Shown here: positions 1 through 14,083 of the stretch, piece by piece
How the letters are laid out: every line of letters starts with the position of its first letter
Position numbering within the stretch: the first letter of the stretch is position 1
NCBI RefSeq assembly: GCF_964204865.1
Contig: NC_135252.1
Span: 3,720,001-3,784,000, forward strand
Direction of reading: 5' to 3'
Source of the DNA: Styela clava
Taxonomy: Eukaryota
DNA: 64,000 nt
Notes under the pieces: generated by a model
What the model saw: only the letters and a program-made list of their open reading frames with translations
Databases searched by the model: none
What the model was told of the DNA's origin: nothing
Position numbers and translations under genes: made by a program

Positions 1-260
1 TAAAGATAATATTTGTATCTTAAATCTTCACAATTCCAAATATAGAAAGTATTTATATATACAATGTTTAGAAGTCGTAGGGGTGAGTTGCCAGTCAATG
101 ATATGATTTATAGGGATACTTAATTTCATTTAGCTCATAAAAATATTAGTGAATCATGTATGAGTCATGTATATTTATATATCTATGTAACGGAGGATGT
201 GTTTTAGGTAGAAAACAATCATTCCTTATGATAAAATCAGTAACATAGTTTTTATTGCGT

Positions 261-2543
261 TCACTTTGTCTTAGCAGTATTTTCTTTGTCTGTTTTGCCT
301 TTCTTGCTGAACATCTTCTTGACTTTATTCTTCTTTTTCTTTTTGCTTGGATTCTGTTGTAACCTTTTCATTTTTTCATACGCTGAATCTTCCTCTGCCT
401 CTTTCACGCGTTCTTCTTCAATGGAATTAACAATTACATTCCTCCGTTCAACAACCTCAAGAAGTTTTTGCAGCAGATTTTCTTCATCGATTTTATCTTG
501 ATCAGTTTTAGTAGACTCCGGTTTGTTAAAAAGCTTCCGCAATTGAAATTCAATATCTGCATGCTCCTGTTCATGTTTTTGTTGTTGCATCTGAAACACA
601 AGGTCAGACTCTTGCCTGAGCAATTGATTTTTCTTATTAACCAGTTGAAACCACTCCTGCAGCAACTCATCTTCTTCTGATGTCCACTCACATTCACTAT
701 CCATTGCAAACCGCAACATTTCTTCTAATTTTACACCCTTTGTTTCATAATCAGTTAATTGAACATCGAGTAACTTCAATTCGTTAGCAATCTCTTGTTC
801 CGACATTTTTATTTCTACTTTTCGCTTAACAAGTGGATATCCATACCCAGGTGCTGAACGGGCCTTGGGGCTTTTGTGCATGGCTCTAGCTTTTGAAGAC
901 GACTGTGGCTTGGTACTATTTTTAGTATAGCGTGGATCTTTTTCATTAGCCTTATTCAATTCAACCATTTTCTGACTTGATGTATCCTTCCATCCTGGTG
1001 GCCTAGATGGGGCAGCTGTTTTTTTGTGTGGTGATTGTGTTGATAGAAGAGCTGAAGTTGATTTTGGTGGTGCTGGAGCTGGCCGTTTCTTCTTTACTAC
1101 TATCTTGTCATCAAGTTTTGCAGAATTCTTATAAACTTCAGTATTAAAAGGGTTGACTCTATCAACAGCTTTATTCTTAGGCTCTTCTTCATCTGCATCT
1201 CCAAATGGATTTCCTTCATTATCCGACTCTTTATTGGAAACTTCTTCAGGCTGATCAATTTCTGGTGGATCACCAAAAGGATTGCCGCCTTCATCTGCAC
1301 TATTCTCATCATTGATGATCTCAGTAAGTTTATCTTCTGTTCTCTCGTTTTTAGATGCATCTTCCTTTCTCTCCTGTACTTTGGGGGTAATTTCAAACGG
1401 ATTGCCATCTTCTTCAGAGGATGTAGAAGATAGAGTAGTGTCAGAATCTGACCCAGATTCCAATTCAAATGGATTCAACGATTTCCTATAGGATGCTTTA
1501 GAATTATCTTCGACTTGATTTGAGTCATTGCTAACATCTTTAGAACGAGGCCGTGCAACTGGAACTGGAGCAATTGGTTTTTCCTCATTAGAATGCAAAG
1601 TTCTTGCTCTGGGTTTCGGCTTTGTTGGTGAACTCTTGATTTCGCTTTGTTGTTTGTTAGTATGTCTGGCGACTGGTAACTCACTGACAAGAGATGGAGC
1701 TACATCATTAGGATTGTTTGGTAGTGGTTTATTTTCTGTGGTTGGTGAAGGTGTAATTTCTGCCATATTGACTGTTTTAACTTCGGCATCTGCTAGAGAC
1801 TGAACCATATTTGGCAATTCTTCTAGTCGATTCGGTTTAGTGTAGTTTTCCCTTTCAGATACAACAGTGGGCACTGGCTTATGTACGACATTTTTGGTCG
1901 TCTCTTGCTCGACTGCAGTTTTCGCTTTCTCTTCATCATTTACATTTTTCTTAGGCAACTCTGGCTCATCTTGGTGTTTTATGAAGTAATTTTTACCTCT
2001 GATTTTTTCAAGAGAATCATTTCTGTGACATGTTCGATGGTAAAGCTTGCCTTCATCAAAGTATCTTTGAACCAAATGAACCCGTTTTCCACAAATACAA
2101 CATATACTATCATCTGTTGATCTTCTCTGAGGAGAAGCTGTCTTACTTGGACTTCCAGCTGTAACGGGATTAAGTACTGGTGCATCTGGCTGTGTTGTTT
2201 CCTCTGGCTTGCAGTGACGGAAACAATTATAGTATTGAGCTAAATATGTCATAACACTGAGCCTGTCAGGGACTGCCATTTCGGCCATATCTTCAGCATC
2301 CAAAAGTGCGGCAATACCAAGCTCCTTCTCGGCTATTCCAAAAGCCAGCTGGTGGTTATAAAACACATTCTCTTTTGATAAGGATTCAAAATCAATCAAA
2401 TCAGGGCGAAATCTGTGAAGAAGAGCACAAAAGCCCAACCCGCTACTCCAAGATGAAGTCATGTTTGTTATATTCACATCTCTATATCCTTCTGTGTGCT
2501 TTTTGCACCAGGTCAATAAACCTTTCATCCCCTTATTAGCCAT
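261..2543 (-). CDS. MICAL-like protein (MICAL-L1/L2 family): CH domain, partial LIM, NPF motifs, C-terminal bMERB coiled coil; intronless CDS
   Basis: 760-aa ORF. N-terminal type-2 CH domain (LLTWCK..TEGY..VNITNMTSSWSSGLGFCALLHRFRPDLIDF...PDRLSVMTY), CxxC-x17-HxxC, five NPF motifs, and a bMERB/DUF3585-like region (LLQEWFQLVNKKNQLLRQES). No monooxygenase domain. Confidence 0.92.
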   Translation of the reverse strand: MANKGMKGLLTWCKKHTEGYRDVNITNMTSSWSSGLGFCALLHRFRPDLIDFESLSKENVFYNHQLAFGIAEKELGIAALLDAEDMAEMAVPDRLSVMTYLAQYYNCFRHCKPEETTQPDAPVLNPVTAGSPSKTASPQRRSTDDSICCICGKRVHLVQRYFDEGKLYHRTCHRNDSLEKIRGKNYFIKHQDEPELPKKNVNDEEKAKTAVEQETTKNVVHKPVPTVVSERENYTKPNRLEELPNMVQSLADAEVKTVNMAEITPSPTTENKPLPNNPNDVAPSLVSELPVARHTNKQQSEIKSSPTKPKPRARTLHSNEEKPIAPVPVARPRSKDVSNDSNQVEDNSKASYRKSLNPFELESGSDSDTTLSSTSSEEDGNPFEITPKVQERKEDASKNERTEDKLTEIINDENSADEGGNPFGDPPEIDQPEEVSNKESDNEGNPFGDADEEEPKNKAVDRVNPFNTEVYKNSAKLDDKIVVKKKRPAPAPPKSTSALLSTQSPHKKTAAPSRPPGWKDTSSQKMVELNKANEKDPRYTKNSTKPQSSSKARAMHKSPKARSAPGYGYPLVKRKVEIKMSEQEIANELKLLDVQLTDYETKGVKLEEMLRFAMDSECEWTSEEDELLQEWFQLVNKKNQLLRQESDLVFQMQQQKHEQEHADIEFQLRKLFNKPESTKTDQDKIDEENLLQKLLEVVERRNVIVNSIEEERVKEAEEDSAYEKMKRLQQNPSKKKKKNKVKKMFSKKGKTDKENTAKTK

Positions 2544-3348
2544 GACAACCTAATGGGGCTGATTAGAATAATATTATAAACTAAAAATGAAATCAGAACA
2601 AACTTAGGTTATTAACCCTTACGTTAGATATTGACTGACATAAATAAACAAGGTCAATATTGCATGGCAAAGTAGCTGTAAAGCAAGAATAACATGAACA
2701 CCTGAATGTAAAGCTGCAATAATTGAGAGTTCTAACACAGATGGCTATAAAATAAATTTACATCTTCACAACAATCTAAAATGTTAGTTAAGGAGTTCAG
2801 CATTAAGTATGTCGAATATACAACAATTACCGGTATAAGCGTATAGAATACAAAAATAAAAATTTCACAAATACCGTAGTTTTTTTAGATTTGGAACCCG
2901 TCAAAGGAAATTGATAAAATACAAATCATGATATACAATTACAATCCAATATAAACTTTACTGAACTCTTCAGGGGATATGATAAAATTCTTTCCAGTGG
3001 TAGCCTACAACATGGATAAAACAGATCATGAACATTTTCAGTATAAACTAAGCTTGATTGAAGACATAAAGATTGGTAAGTAACAATGTGTTGGCATTTT
3101 TATACACAATCCTATGAATATTAACCCAAAAAATTCTTCAGTGAAGGCACTCATATTATTTACTTGATAAATCTAGTAAAGATTTTGAAATAGAAGTACT
3201 AGCGATATGACTGCTTGAATTGTCAGATACATTTGACAATTAATCCTCCTTTTCGTGAAGAATATGAATTTCTTATTTTCAAGTGCAGTTAAGGTTATAC
3301 ACATTTGGCATAGTTGTTTTGAGTGAATAGAAATAACCAATGTTTTAT

Positions 3349-3610
3349 GTAGGATTTGCATATCCCGGGGAAGAGGTAAGGGGATCGGGTATGAGATTGG
3401 TTAGCCAGTTATTCTTTTCAGATGCATGGATTCGATGGTGGAGGAATCCGTAACCGACCAGCAGTTAAGTAAACCACTGTATGGTGGCGAGGAGTCCAGC
3501 AATCTTCTTGCAGAAAATTATCACCACAGGATTCGAACCTGCGAACCCACGTAGGGTAATCAGAGGCGCGGTGGCAGGCATACTCCTAATGCTTTGCACG
3601 ATGCGCCACA
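3349..3610 (-). mobile_element. tRNA-derived SINE copy (internally deleted)
   Basis: Colinear with 55894-56237; B-box GGTTCGAATCC on the minus strand at ~3528-3538. Confidence 0.75.
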
Positions 3611-5708
3611 TATATGCGACATATATTGGTGGTGAATGAATGGACTTTTGGGAAAGATAATACTGAGTAAAATTTCGCTTGAGTATTGGTCAAATCTATT
3701 CCAGAGCTACCACTACTAAAATACTGGACAAGGTAAAATTTATATATAGACTACGGTGATACAAGAATATCCATATGTTAATTCATATTACTATATTAAT
3801 AATGAAACACAAGTTATTGCTAATTATGAGAACCGACAGCAACACGGTAAACACGGACGTTTAAGGCTGATTTGCCTCGCCTTCTATCAGACTGTGGCGC
3901 GCGCAAAACATTTTTAATCAAGTAAACCAGCAAGTTGGTTTTACGTATTATGATAATGGAAAAATTGCCTCGTCATCCTAACTCGTCTTTACAACTTATG
4001 GTAAAAGTTTCGCTTCTGACAAGCAGACACGCATTTATGTTAGTCAGGGCGCTTGTTGCGTGATCAATAGCCGGAATAACTTCTTCAGTCAGGGTGACAG
4101 CGCTTTAATGCGATAAATTACAGGTACCATAAGAATATACGATGACTGATGCATTTTTCTAGTACTTAGAGGGCATCTGCGAAAACAACTTGAACTTGTA
4201 TTTATATTATATTTATTTACGGCACAACTAGCGAGTACAGTTTAAGTTATACTTATACACGAGTTAGAAAACTGCCTGTCGCTCGTCAAACTGCAGAACT
4301 GCCAAAGGCTTAAAGGCGTTGGCCATTGCTGTATTGGTTTATGGCCTTCTGTTCTCTTCTTAACTCTGTTGTTTATCGACAGACTTGGCGATTTAACTAA
4401 GCTAATTAAATGTAACTTTGTTGATATCTTTATAGGACATTCAGTTCCCGGGAGCACCGATACTGCCTAAGCAAGAATAAGCGTACGCTTACCAAAATCT
4501 TTTTTAAAAATATGGTTTTGTGGGCAACCTTGTCAGTTGCCACATTGGAATTTTCTCCCATCCAATCCACCGTTTGTACGTACGGATGTACGGAAACAGA
4601 CAGGTGAAAGGGAATTTTAAAAAGCCTTAGTTAATAAAAAGGGCATTTCATTTTTGAAGCCTAAAAGAGTATATGCACAAATGAAGGTGTTATTGTCTTC
4701 TAAACAAAATAGAATATGAACTGCTACTTGCCCTAAAAATGTACAATAATTTTGCTTGAATCCATCTCGCACCGCTGACTACTAAAATCGCCGCCAAACT
4801 TTTGTGTACAAGATAGTGATGTACTTACATCGTAGCGCCAAACTTAGTAATGCATAAATCTTGTGTGTATGTTATCAGACAACATACATGACGTGCTGCG
4901 TCGCCCGTACTGATAGTGGGGGAAGTATCGATGACAGCGCCGCTGCTGCGTGTAATTCGAGAACTTCCGTGTGAATTTGTCTGGCTTGATTAATTACGTT
5001 GGTAAATTTGTGCTGTCAATTTATTTTATGCTAATAAATGCGGGGTAATCGTATTCCATTGGCAGGCGAGTTCACCACTTAAACTCTGGTATTTCGTAAC
5101 TATCTCGGTATGAATCACGCTGCGAAAGAGTTTTGTAATTCAGATATTAACCAATCCGTCGCAAACGGAAGATGGAAAACGCAGTATATTCAACTAGTAA
5201 CTTGAGAATCACAATTTGGGTCCGTACCTTAATGGCCACAACTTACAGTATTGGTATACCTATGCAGATACGAGTACAGTATTAATATTTTGATAAGTAG
5301 TCATCATGAATGTTGATAAATGGCGTATTAGTAATAATTTTAATCGTTCAATTTTGCCAATACTAGAATTTCCATCAATCAAAACAAAAAATGATGTCAG
5401 CTGAACAATATTCCAATCTAAAAACAAATTGTCCAAAAAAGTCGCCCGATTTTATAGTAATAATAATTAAAAATTGCATTTTCTTTGTTTATTATTAGTT
5501 TTTATTGTGATTGTAGTTCTCATTTATCATACAATAAAATGTATTTAAACTTACAATTGTTCTTACTATAAAATTGGCGAATTTTGTTATTGATAAGATA
5601 TGAGTTGAACTTTTCGGACATCCTATATATTATATATTTAGCAGATAATTATAGTTTATTGAGAAGACGGACTGAAGAATTCTCAAATCCAGAAAATTTT
5701 CAAGCTGA

Positions 5709-8700
5709 ATGATGTCAGACGATCCAGAAATGGTAGAGGCTGTGGTATGTAACATGAAAGACTTGCCAGAAAAACAGGAATTTATGAAAGAGGTTGACGT
5801 GGGTTCTTCAGGCAAATGTCTTCTAATAATGTGAGTAATTTTGGCTAATATCCATATCATATACTTTTTTAATGCACAAGCACACATCTTGTATAATTTT
5901 ATTCGCGAATTACCGTATATCTTCAAAAGCTTTTGTATTCTTTGTTCCATTTGTAGGTTGAGGTTCTTCGTAATTTTGACTATCTTTTGAAATGAAATAG
6001 CTTGCATCGCATATACATATCTAAAATTCCATATATATGAGAGTAAGAGGCATAACACCGAGACTAACATAGATTTTTTACTCTTCAAGCGACAAACGTA
6101 CTTTTATAATTAATTAAAGGCTCGTCAGGTATGGCGCATCTTGTTAGCGTTTGGAATACGCTCGCCACCGCACCTTTGATTACCCTGCGAGGGGTCGGTG
6201 GTTCGTCATTCTTATTTGTTTGCTTTATGTTTGATTAAAGTCTGCGCAACAGCAGTTCCGGAATCTCGCCAACTCGTATACCATTGTCTACTATCTCTTT
6301 ATATATATTTATGTATAGAATATACCTTTCCCCCTTTTTAGGAACGAAAATGGAGATTTGACTGCGCTCGGTCATAAATGCACACATTATGGCGCGCCGC
6401 TTGTCAGGGGAGCGTTAAACAATGGCAGGATTCGGTGCCCGTGGCACGGAGCATGTTTTAGTGCAACGACTGGAGACATCGAAGATTACCCGGGACTCGA
6501 TTCTCTGCCCAAGTATCAGGTAATTGCGCATAATCTGTTAGCTACAATTTCATTTGAAAAAGATTAGGCCGATTCATATATGCCTTGAAGGTTATTTCTA
6601 ACCTGACTTGCTTTCGCGCAATCAGAAATTTTTCGAATTAATTTGTGTATGTTGGTCCTTCGTTTCTGTGCGTGATTATACGATTCCATCATGTTGAAAA
6701 TTTGTAACAGGTCATAGTGGACGACGAGAGTGGGGATGTTAAAGTTAGGGCCAAACTTGAACACTTGAAGGTAGGAAAAAGAAATGCATGCATGGATACG
6801 GAAATTCGCTCGGGTAGGTATTACGATATTTCTCTTTTGTCGTAAATAAATGCAGCCGTTGCAGAGAATTAAACATGAACCACGTTATTTCACAAGTTAA
6901 TATCTTAATATAAACGCATAATAATCATAGAGAGCGAAATCAGTTTAAAAATAACAACAGAAATGTATTCACAAAAGTGATTTTTGTTACTTGTAAAATT
7001 TAGACAAACACAATAGAACGAATTATCACATGACGTAATGTGCGAGGCAAGATGATTGACCGGTCAATTCGTAATTGGAAATTTGGTTTGCTTGACAAAT
7101 GAATTACATTCAGTCTTTGATTTACATTTGCTAGCCCATAAATTGCTCATAATAAAAGGACCACGGTAATTCTCATTAAGATGGACAGCAACATACCGAA
7201 CAGAGAATAGTTATTATTGGAGGCGGCCCAGCGTCTATTGTCTGTGTGGAAACGTTACGCAAAGAAGGTTTCACTGGCAGCATAATCATTGTATGTAAAG
7301 AACCACATCCTCCATATGACCGCGCAAAACTGAGCAAGGCCCCCGATGCAATACCACAAGATGTTTATCTCAGGGGCGATTTGAAATATTACGACGACAT
7401 AAAAGTGGATCTTCGATTAAACACGGTTTGTGACCTGAATTATTGAATAGTTTTTTGTTTTGTTTCCAGATGACATAATAGTTTTATTCTTCTAATATAT
7501 ATTTACTGTTTTTATATTGTTTGCTCAGTCTCTTTTGAAGCGAGATACATGGCGTCTGTTAGACATTATTACACAAAGCGACTTAAAACAGACTGACGAT
7601 AGGTTTTAATTCAATAAAAAATGAAATGTACATTCATTCACCAAATGTAAACTTTAAATAGTGAACTGAAAGTCAATATATAGATATCATTATATGCAGA
7701 TAGCATATAGAAATCACACATAGCATAATGACAAAACTTAGACATGTGAAATCACGCCATATTATGAGGACCAAACAATATTCAATCAAAACAAAAAGTC
7801 CTAGCGCGAGGCGTTTATAACACGACAGTCGCGCAGATCAGCCTATATTCACATGAGCGGGCCAAGATGAAGTCAAACAATTTAACTTCAATTTAGTTAG
7901 TTTCAATCGAAAATACACAAATAGTTTGTTTCGTCATTTGTTAATTATTCTAGTCGAAACTGCAGACCACGTGCGTCCGGACTGCCATAGAGTGACGTTT
8001 TGTACGTCCGCTGCTCTTGGAGAAATGTGTAAAGAAATTACGTACAAAATTTTCATTTATTTTTGAACTTTTTTTTAAAATATCTAAACTATGAATTGGT
8101 AATTCTGGTCCAACAGTGTCAGCCGCCATTGACACTAAAGGTAACTATATGATATGGTCTTTTCAATAAGTGCCTTTCTCACTGCGGCGCTTTGCAAAAT
8201 GATTTTCTTAATGTGGCCACTGCTCTAGAATATGTTCCAAATTACCTCCTTGGCATCAGAGTCAGATTTGCAGTCGTTGCACTAAATTGGTTTCTCAGAA
8301 GCGCGCTGCTTTCAGGATACGTCAATAGCAACAATATTGTTTACTGGGGCACAGCACCCCGAACGAAGGCACACATAGACATTTACACCTAGTAAAGTGC
8401 ACAGAATGAGTAATCATTTCCAAACATGGCATCGTCGGTCCGTATTGGTTTAAAGACGAAAATGAAAGAGCTTAAACGGTGAATATGGAACGTTAAGGAA
8501 TGGTGCCAAGGAAATTCTGGATATCACTCGGACGATGTGGAGAGATTGACTGAGATGACCTGGCAACACCCACATATCAAATGACACCCTTGACTGGATG
8601 GGAGAGCGATTTCAGCAACGGCTGATCGGCAGTGACTTTGAATGGGCACTTCATCACCGGACTTGAACCCCCTCCCTTTCCACATTTTTATTTGGTAGAG

Positions 8701-11700
8701 TATTAGCAGGAAAATTTGTATCTGAAGAACGTTCAAACAATTGGTGAACTAAAGACTGCAACTGCAGCGAAAATCAGTGAAATCCCCACAGAGGAGTGTG
8801 TACAAGTGATTGACAACTTTGCGCATGTGATGCAAGTCTTCTCCAGCGCCAAGGACGGCATTTTAAAAATTATTCTAGAATCTAGAGAGAATATAACTCC
8901 TATGCGAAGCGTCCTATATTTCTGAAACTTGGATACAATCATACACAAACAAAAGTTCAAATGTAGGCAAAATTAAATGACTTACTCTATTCTTGTAGAA
9001 GAATCAAAAAATTTAAGGGTTTTGTATTATTATCCTTTTGAGTAGAATTCCTAGTTGGAAAAATGTGTGCTTTGTTAGTAGTAGTGCCAAAACCCACATT
9101 CGCCACCTTTTCTCTAATACCAGTCTAAACTTGAAAGATCTGGCTCAAGGCAAGCTATTCACTGCGTGATAAAATAAGTTTATTAGAAAACAATGAGTAT
9201 ATTCAAAACACAATAAAACACAATTTAATGCTTCGTGTTACTTGATTGCTGTAAATTTTACAGGAAGCTCTTTCGGTAGACGCCGAACAAAAAAAAGTTG
9301 TTACCCGCGCTTGTGACGAGAATGAAGACCGATCAATTAGTTTCGATCATCTGTTTATTGCTACAGGCGGAACACCACGTACGCTGCACCCCATGACTGG
9401 TTCCGATTGTAACAATATATTCGTTTTACGCACCTTGGACGACGCTAATAAATTAGCATCACAATGCAAGGGTAGGCGTATTTTATTTTATAAGACTTTT
9501 ATAAATGACGTAAATAAGCCAATATGTTTTAAGTTGTCAAATTTGAAATGTAAATAGGTCATTAAATTTGAAGAAAATTTTTATGCAAACAGTAGTTAAT
9601 TAACAAATAGATCTACGGATTTCAGTTTTTAAAATTATCTTCTACTTGTTATATATAAATACCAAAGTACTGTAACATATCAACCAAGTGCGTTTAGTTC
9701 AACATCGCTTATTTTAAGATAAAAGAGTGGCACTTGTTGGCTCCTCTTTCATTGCTATGGAGATAGCAGCGTTTCTGGCAAAGAAGAAAGAAAGCACATC
9801 TCTCTCCGTGATCTGCGGTCGAAGATCAAATGTAGGTTTTAATTTTTACGTCGCAGTCGTAGTCATAAACTAAGGTCTGAGACAATTCTGATTTCAGGTT
9901 CCCTTTCAATCATCGTTGGGACCGGACATAGGTGGTCGCATAATGAAAATGCACGAGGAAAAGGGAATCAAATTCTATACATCTGTCGGTGTTGCAGAGT
10001 TGAAGTGCAATGACGAAAAGAACGTCACTCATATCCGGCTTTCCGACGACACGGTTCTCGAAGTAGACCTGGTGATCTTGGGAATCGGTAATTCGAAATG
10101 ATAAATTATTTTTTTACACCACATATCGCTATGCTATGGTGTTTAAGATTTTCATCAATTTTATACAGCTTCTTTAAGATTGACGCCAGTGACGTTTTTC
10201 CTGACCCAAATATTAAAAAAATCCATCTCCCCAAAACAAATATATACTGTAATATGTGATCATGTAATAAATGCATCGTCGTGTATCATGCATGTGTCAT
10301 ATATAGTTATCTCAATAAACACATGAACTGCACTCTAGTCCAGAGCTACTCAACTATTTTCCGTTCCGTTTACAAAACTTCAAAAATACTGGGGTCCGGA
10401 CATTACAGAAAATTTATTTCAATAAATGAACGAAACTTCAAATGCAATATTAAGTTAAATACAAGAGCAATGAATAACTCACAAAAATGGACACAAATGT
10501 CGCACATCGGTACCAGTACGACAAAATGTATAGCTTTGTATTAGAATTGTATCAAAATCATCTAAAACTATGAAACGATGCTTATGCTGCCAAAATAAAC
10601 AAGCAAACGCGGCCCAAATTGAATAGTCGGAAGGTCACTCGGTGTGATAATTTTCCAAAAATGTGAAATAACCCTTCTCAATTATGGAATATAAACTTCA
10701 GGAGTCACACCTTCGACCAACTTCTTGCAATCAAGCAAAATTGACTTGGACGATAAAGGTTTCATCCCGGTCGATGGAAATATGAAAACAAACGTAGACA
10801 GCGTGTATGCTGGAGGTGATGTTGTGACTTTTCCGCTTGGAATGAAAGGTGAAAACGCTTTAAAATATTGATAATATAATAATACATATTTTGTATTTCT
10901 CGCTAAAAGGAGGTTTTTTGTATTGTTGATTCTCTTGATTTACGCTATATGTTTTTTAATTGTGTAGTATTCATTTAACAGCGTATGATAAGTTCAAATT
11001 ATTTTAATTGTGTTTTACGTCATCTACTAATGAACACAGCAATACTGATGTTGATAATAGCTTTTCGCCACCCACAAATCTAACAGAAATATTGTATGTC
11101 TATTTTATCAATTTTTTTTTTTGTTTAGTTGTACAATATTTCTCACACGACTAGAATAAATAAAATATAAGAATCTGATATTACTTTTCAGGAGGCGAGC
11201 GTTGTAACGTACAGCATTGGCAAATGGCCCACAATCATGGAAGAATAGCAGCGTACAGTATCATTAAATCGTGTGAGGACTCTCAAGTCGGCGATAGTGA
11301 GTATAGAAATATCTACAATAGAACATTATACAAATATGGAGTTTACATCAGGGTCCTCCAACCTGTGGGCCATATATGGCCCACGGAAGCATTTCGAGTG
11401 GCCCGCGCTGTATTTTTCAGAAATAATAAATAAATTGGAGTAAAACTATTTTTCGAGTGATGTAGTATACAAATAAGTGATACAAACCATTTGTTTATTT
11501 TCTTGAAATGTGCTCTACCAGCCCTTTCGAACGAGCCATTAGTGCCATTTTGAACCGAAACCAACTGGGGGGAGATATCGACAAATAAAGGTGCAATAGA
11601 CGCTTACACACTTAGTCTATTACTACTCTATATGACGTTATCGCAAAACAATCGAAGCCATTCTCAGATTAAGAATTCGTTAAGGAATGTATATATATTA

Positions 11701-12264
11701 TGTATTGTTTGGGTTGTCAATGTTTTAAGTCCGGAAATAAAAGAGGTGTTTGCAAAAATAGCCTGTCAAGACAGACAAAACTCGTCATGTCGAAGAGCTT
11801 GAGAACTCTATAGCGGATACTTTAATTCCTCCACCTGGGGGTAAATATGAAAATCTTACGGTATATTATTAAACAGTTTGCATCCAATTATCTATCTTCA
11901 AGGTCACGGAAAGGATCAACATGTTCAGTCAATTCCCTTCTTCTGGACAGTCCAGTTTGGAATCAGTATAAGGTACGCGGGACACGGAGGAGGCTTCGAT
12001 AATATCATAATCAAGGGCGTAGGAAAAAATGGAAAAATCGTTAAAGCTGGTGAGGCCCTATCATCTAAAAAATTTGTCGGGTTTTATGTGAAGAAGGACC
12101 ATGTGATAGCGGTGGCAACAATGATGGCTGATCCAATAGCTGCAAGGTTTGCAGAGCATTTAAATGACAAAGGCCCTCTGAAGGTAGATCAGATTGACAG
12201 TTTCTTGAAGGGTGACACTGGCGATGAAGGGAAGGGACACGTCGATAAATGCTCAATAAACTAA
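5709..12264 (+). CDS. AIFM3: Apoptosis-inducing factor 3-like Rieske 2Fe-2S / FAD-dependent oxidoreductase. Exons: 5709-5830, 6342-6519, 6711-6813, 7181-7425, 9264-9471, 9719-9831, 9898-10087, 10702-10848, 11192-11296, 11903-12264
   Basis: Rieske motifs CTHYGAPL and CPWHGACF; FAD motif IIGGGPA; PPYDRAKLSK; LFIATGG; NAD site VGSSFIAME; VYAGGD; HWQMA; SIPFFWT. All junctions are GT-AG with matching phases, and an in-frame TGA immediately precedes ATG 5709. Confidence 0.9.
6119..6206 (+). mobile_element. 5' head fragment of the tRNA-derived SINE (AIFM3 intron 1)
   Basis: ggctcgtcaggtatggcgcatcttgttagcg...cgccaccgcacctttgattaccctgcg...ggttcg matches the reverse complement of the right end of 55894-56237. 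Confidence 0.7.
8190..8890 (+). mobile_element. Decayed Tc1/mariner-superfamily transposase remnant in AIFM3 intron 4
   Basis: Broken frames give GIVGPYWFKDEN, SPDLNP and ENLYLKNVQTIGELKTATAAKISEIPTEECVQVIDNF, typical of the C-terminus of mariner/rosa-like transposases. Confidence 0.65.
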
Positions 12265-14083
12265 TGCGAATTACACACAAAGTAAATATGAAAAACTTCA
12301 AGCGTATTTGAGGAGCGATTAAAACGTATAGAAACTTGTCAGTACAACGAAATGACAGTGCGAAGTGCAAGTTATTAGTTGTATTTTTAAACTGGCCTAA
12401 ATTGAAGTTACAGTACTGCGTTTCATTTTTTTCGCTCATTCGCATTGTGCAATCGAAGAATTCCTGTACATATCATTCATATCAGATAATGATTGACATG
12501 TTTGTTTCCATTTATATTATTAATAAACAAGAATTGGAAATAAGACTTGTAAATCTCAAAAATGACTGCCAATTACTGCTGGGAATCTCGAATGCCATTT
12601 AGCGAAATCACCAATGAACTGAACAGAGTCAGAGTAATATTTATTATGATGACAGTAAATTGCACAAAACATAAAAACATTATTATTTAATTTTTCAATC
12701 AATAAATATCTTGCCAGTAAATCAAGTTTAATCACAACAACATTTCCTACTAACTAGTAAGTTAGTTGATTTAGATTTCCCCCCAAAAACAACACATACA
12801 CAGAAAACTAGTTTAATAAAATAAATGTTCCAGTTTGCCCATATTACACAAATGAACATGTATAAAAAAAACTACTATAAATATTGTGCATGGTTTACCA
12901 TATATACCTCACCAAGAGCCAACTGATGAGGTAGCAATAACTGACTTTAGCCTAACTTCTCAATTGGTTTGCAATATTGGATTGCTAAGTAATATTTATT
13001 TTATTAAACATAAAGGTACACAAATGAAGAATAGATAGCTGAGGTGAGAGTTGTGGGGGTCAGGTATGGCAGCACTCCAGATATGTATAAAGGAAAAAAA
13101 TAATAAAACTAAACATTCACAAAAGTGTATACATATATTTCACGAGTCAAAGCTGATTGACTCATGTTTACTGGCATCCGCGGCATATTATAGACTGTTG
13201 TCTTATGTGGGGTCCATTACCTTGCTTTGAGAAAATTTACCCCTAAATATAGTTAGCTTTTATAAGAATATCTCCACAAGAATATCTCCACAAAATCTGA
13301 CAAGATACATTAATTATATGGAGTGTAATCATCCACCCTTGTCTTATTTAACTTCTGGACAATTCTTTTAATACTTATAGGAAAATATTTTTAGCCTCCA
13401 TACCCTGTTGTATATTCTCATCCATTTACTGTTATTACACCAGAGACAAAGAAATTTTTATGCTCAAATGGGATTTTCCTTCAGTTATATTAAATTTGCG
13501 GCGCTCCAGAAGTATGTGTAACAATATGGAGGCAAATAATCTTGTTTACATCAAGTGTAAAGGGACTGAAATCTATTCACTTGGCTAACACAGACAGTCC
13601 CCAAACTCGTAATCTAACTAAAATAAGGAAAATCGAAATAAAATTATGCCCTAACCTGGTACACGTACTAAAGGAGTACCGAATTCACTCCCATTTTACT
13701 GTCTTCCTGATAGTTTTGACTGAAACTGCCTCGAGCCTCTTGTGGATTGACTACTGGCACATATTTAAGTATGGTTTTAGTATCTTTTGTGATTTCAGAG
13801 GCCACCTATAATTTTAATCGAGGTGACATACTGACTGATACTTCATAACTTCTGAGTGAGTGTGCATTTTCTGAAAGCAAAGAGCACATATTCATGTATG
13901 GTTTTAGTATCTCTTGGCATTTCAGAGGCGAGAGAAGCAAATTTTAATTAAAAAAGACCCTCAAGGTGTCCTTTCTCATCCTAAAAATAGAGAAATTGTG
14001 AGACCACAGCAATTCATATGCTAGGAAAACCTCCACTAGATATTTTGAAAGTACAACATGAACGAAAAGTTGGTCGTAATACA

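Noticed and set aside
5630-6088. 152-aa minus-strand ORF
   Set aside because: It is antisense to AIFM3 exon 1 and intron 1, has no recognisable motif and has no ATG start.
11349-11410. hAT-like left ends (also at ~43409) and a small mariner-like TIR pair at ~40418-40598
   Set aside because: Matching opposite ends or TSDs could not be established confidently.
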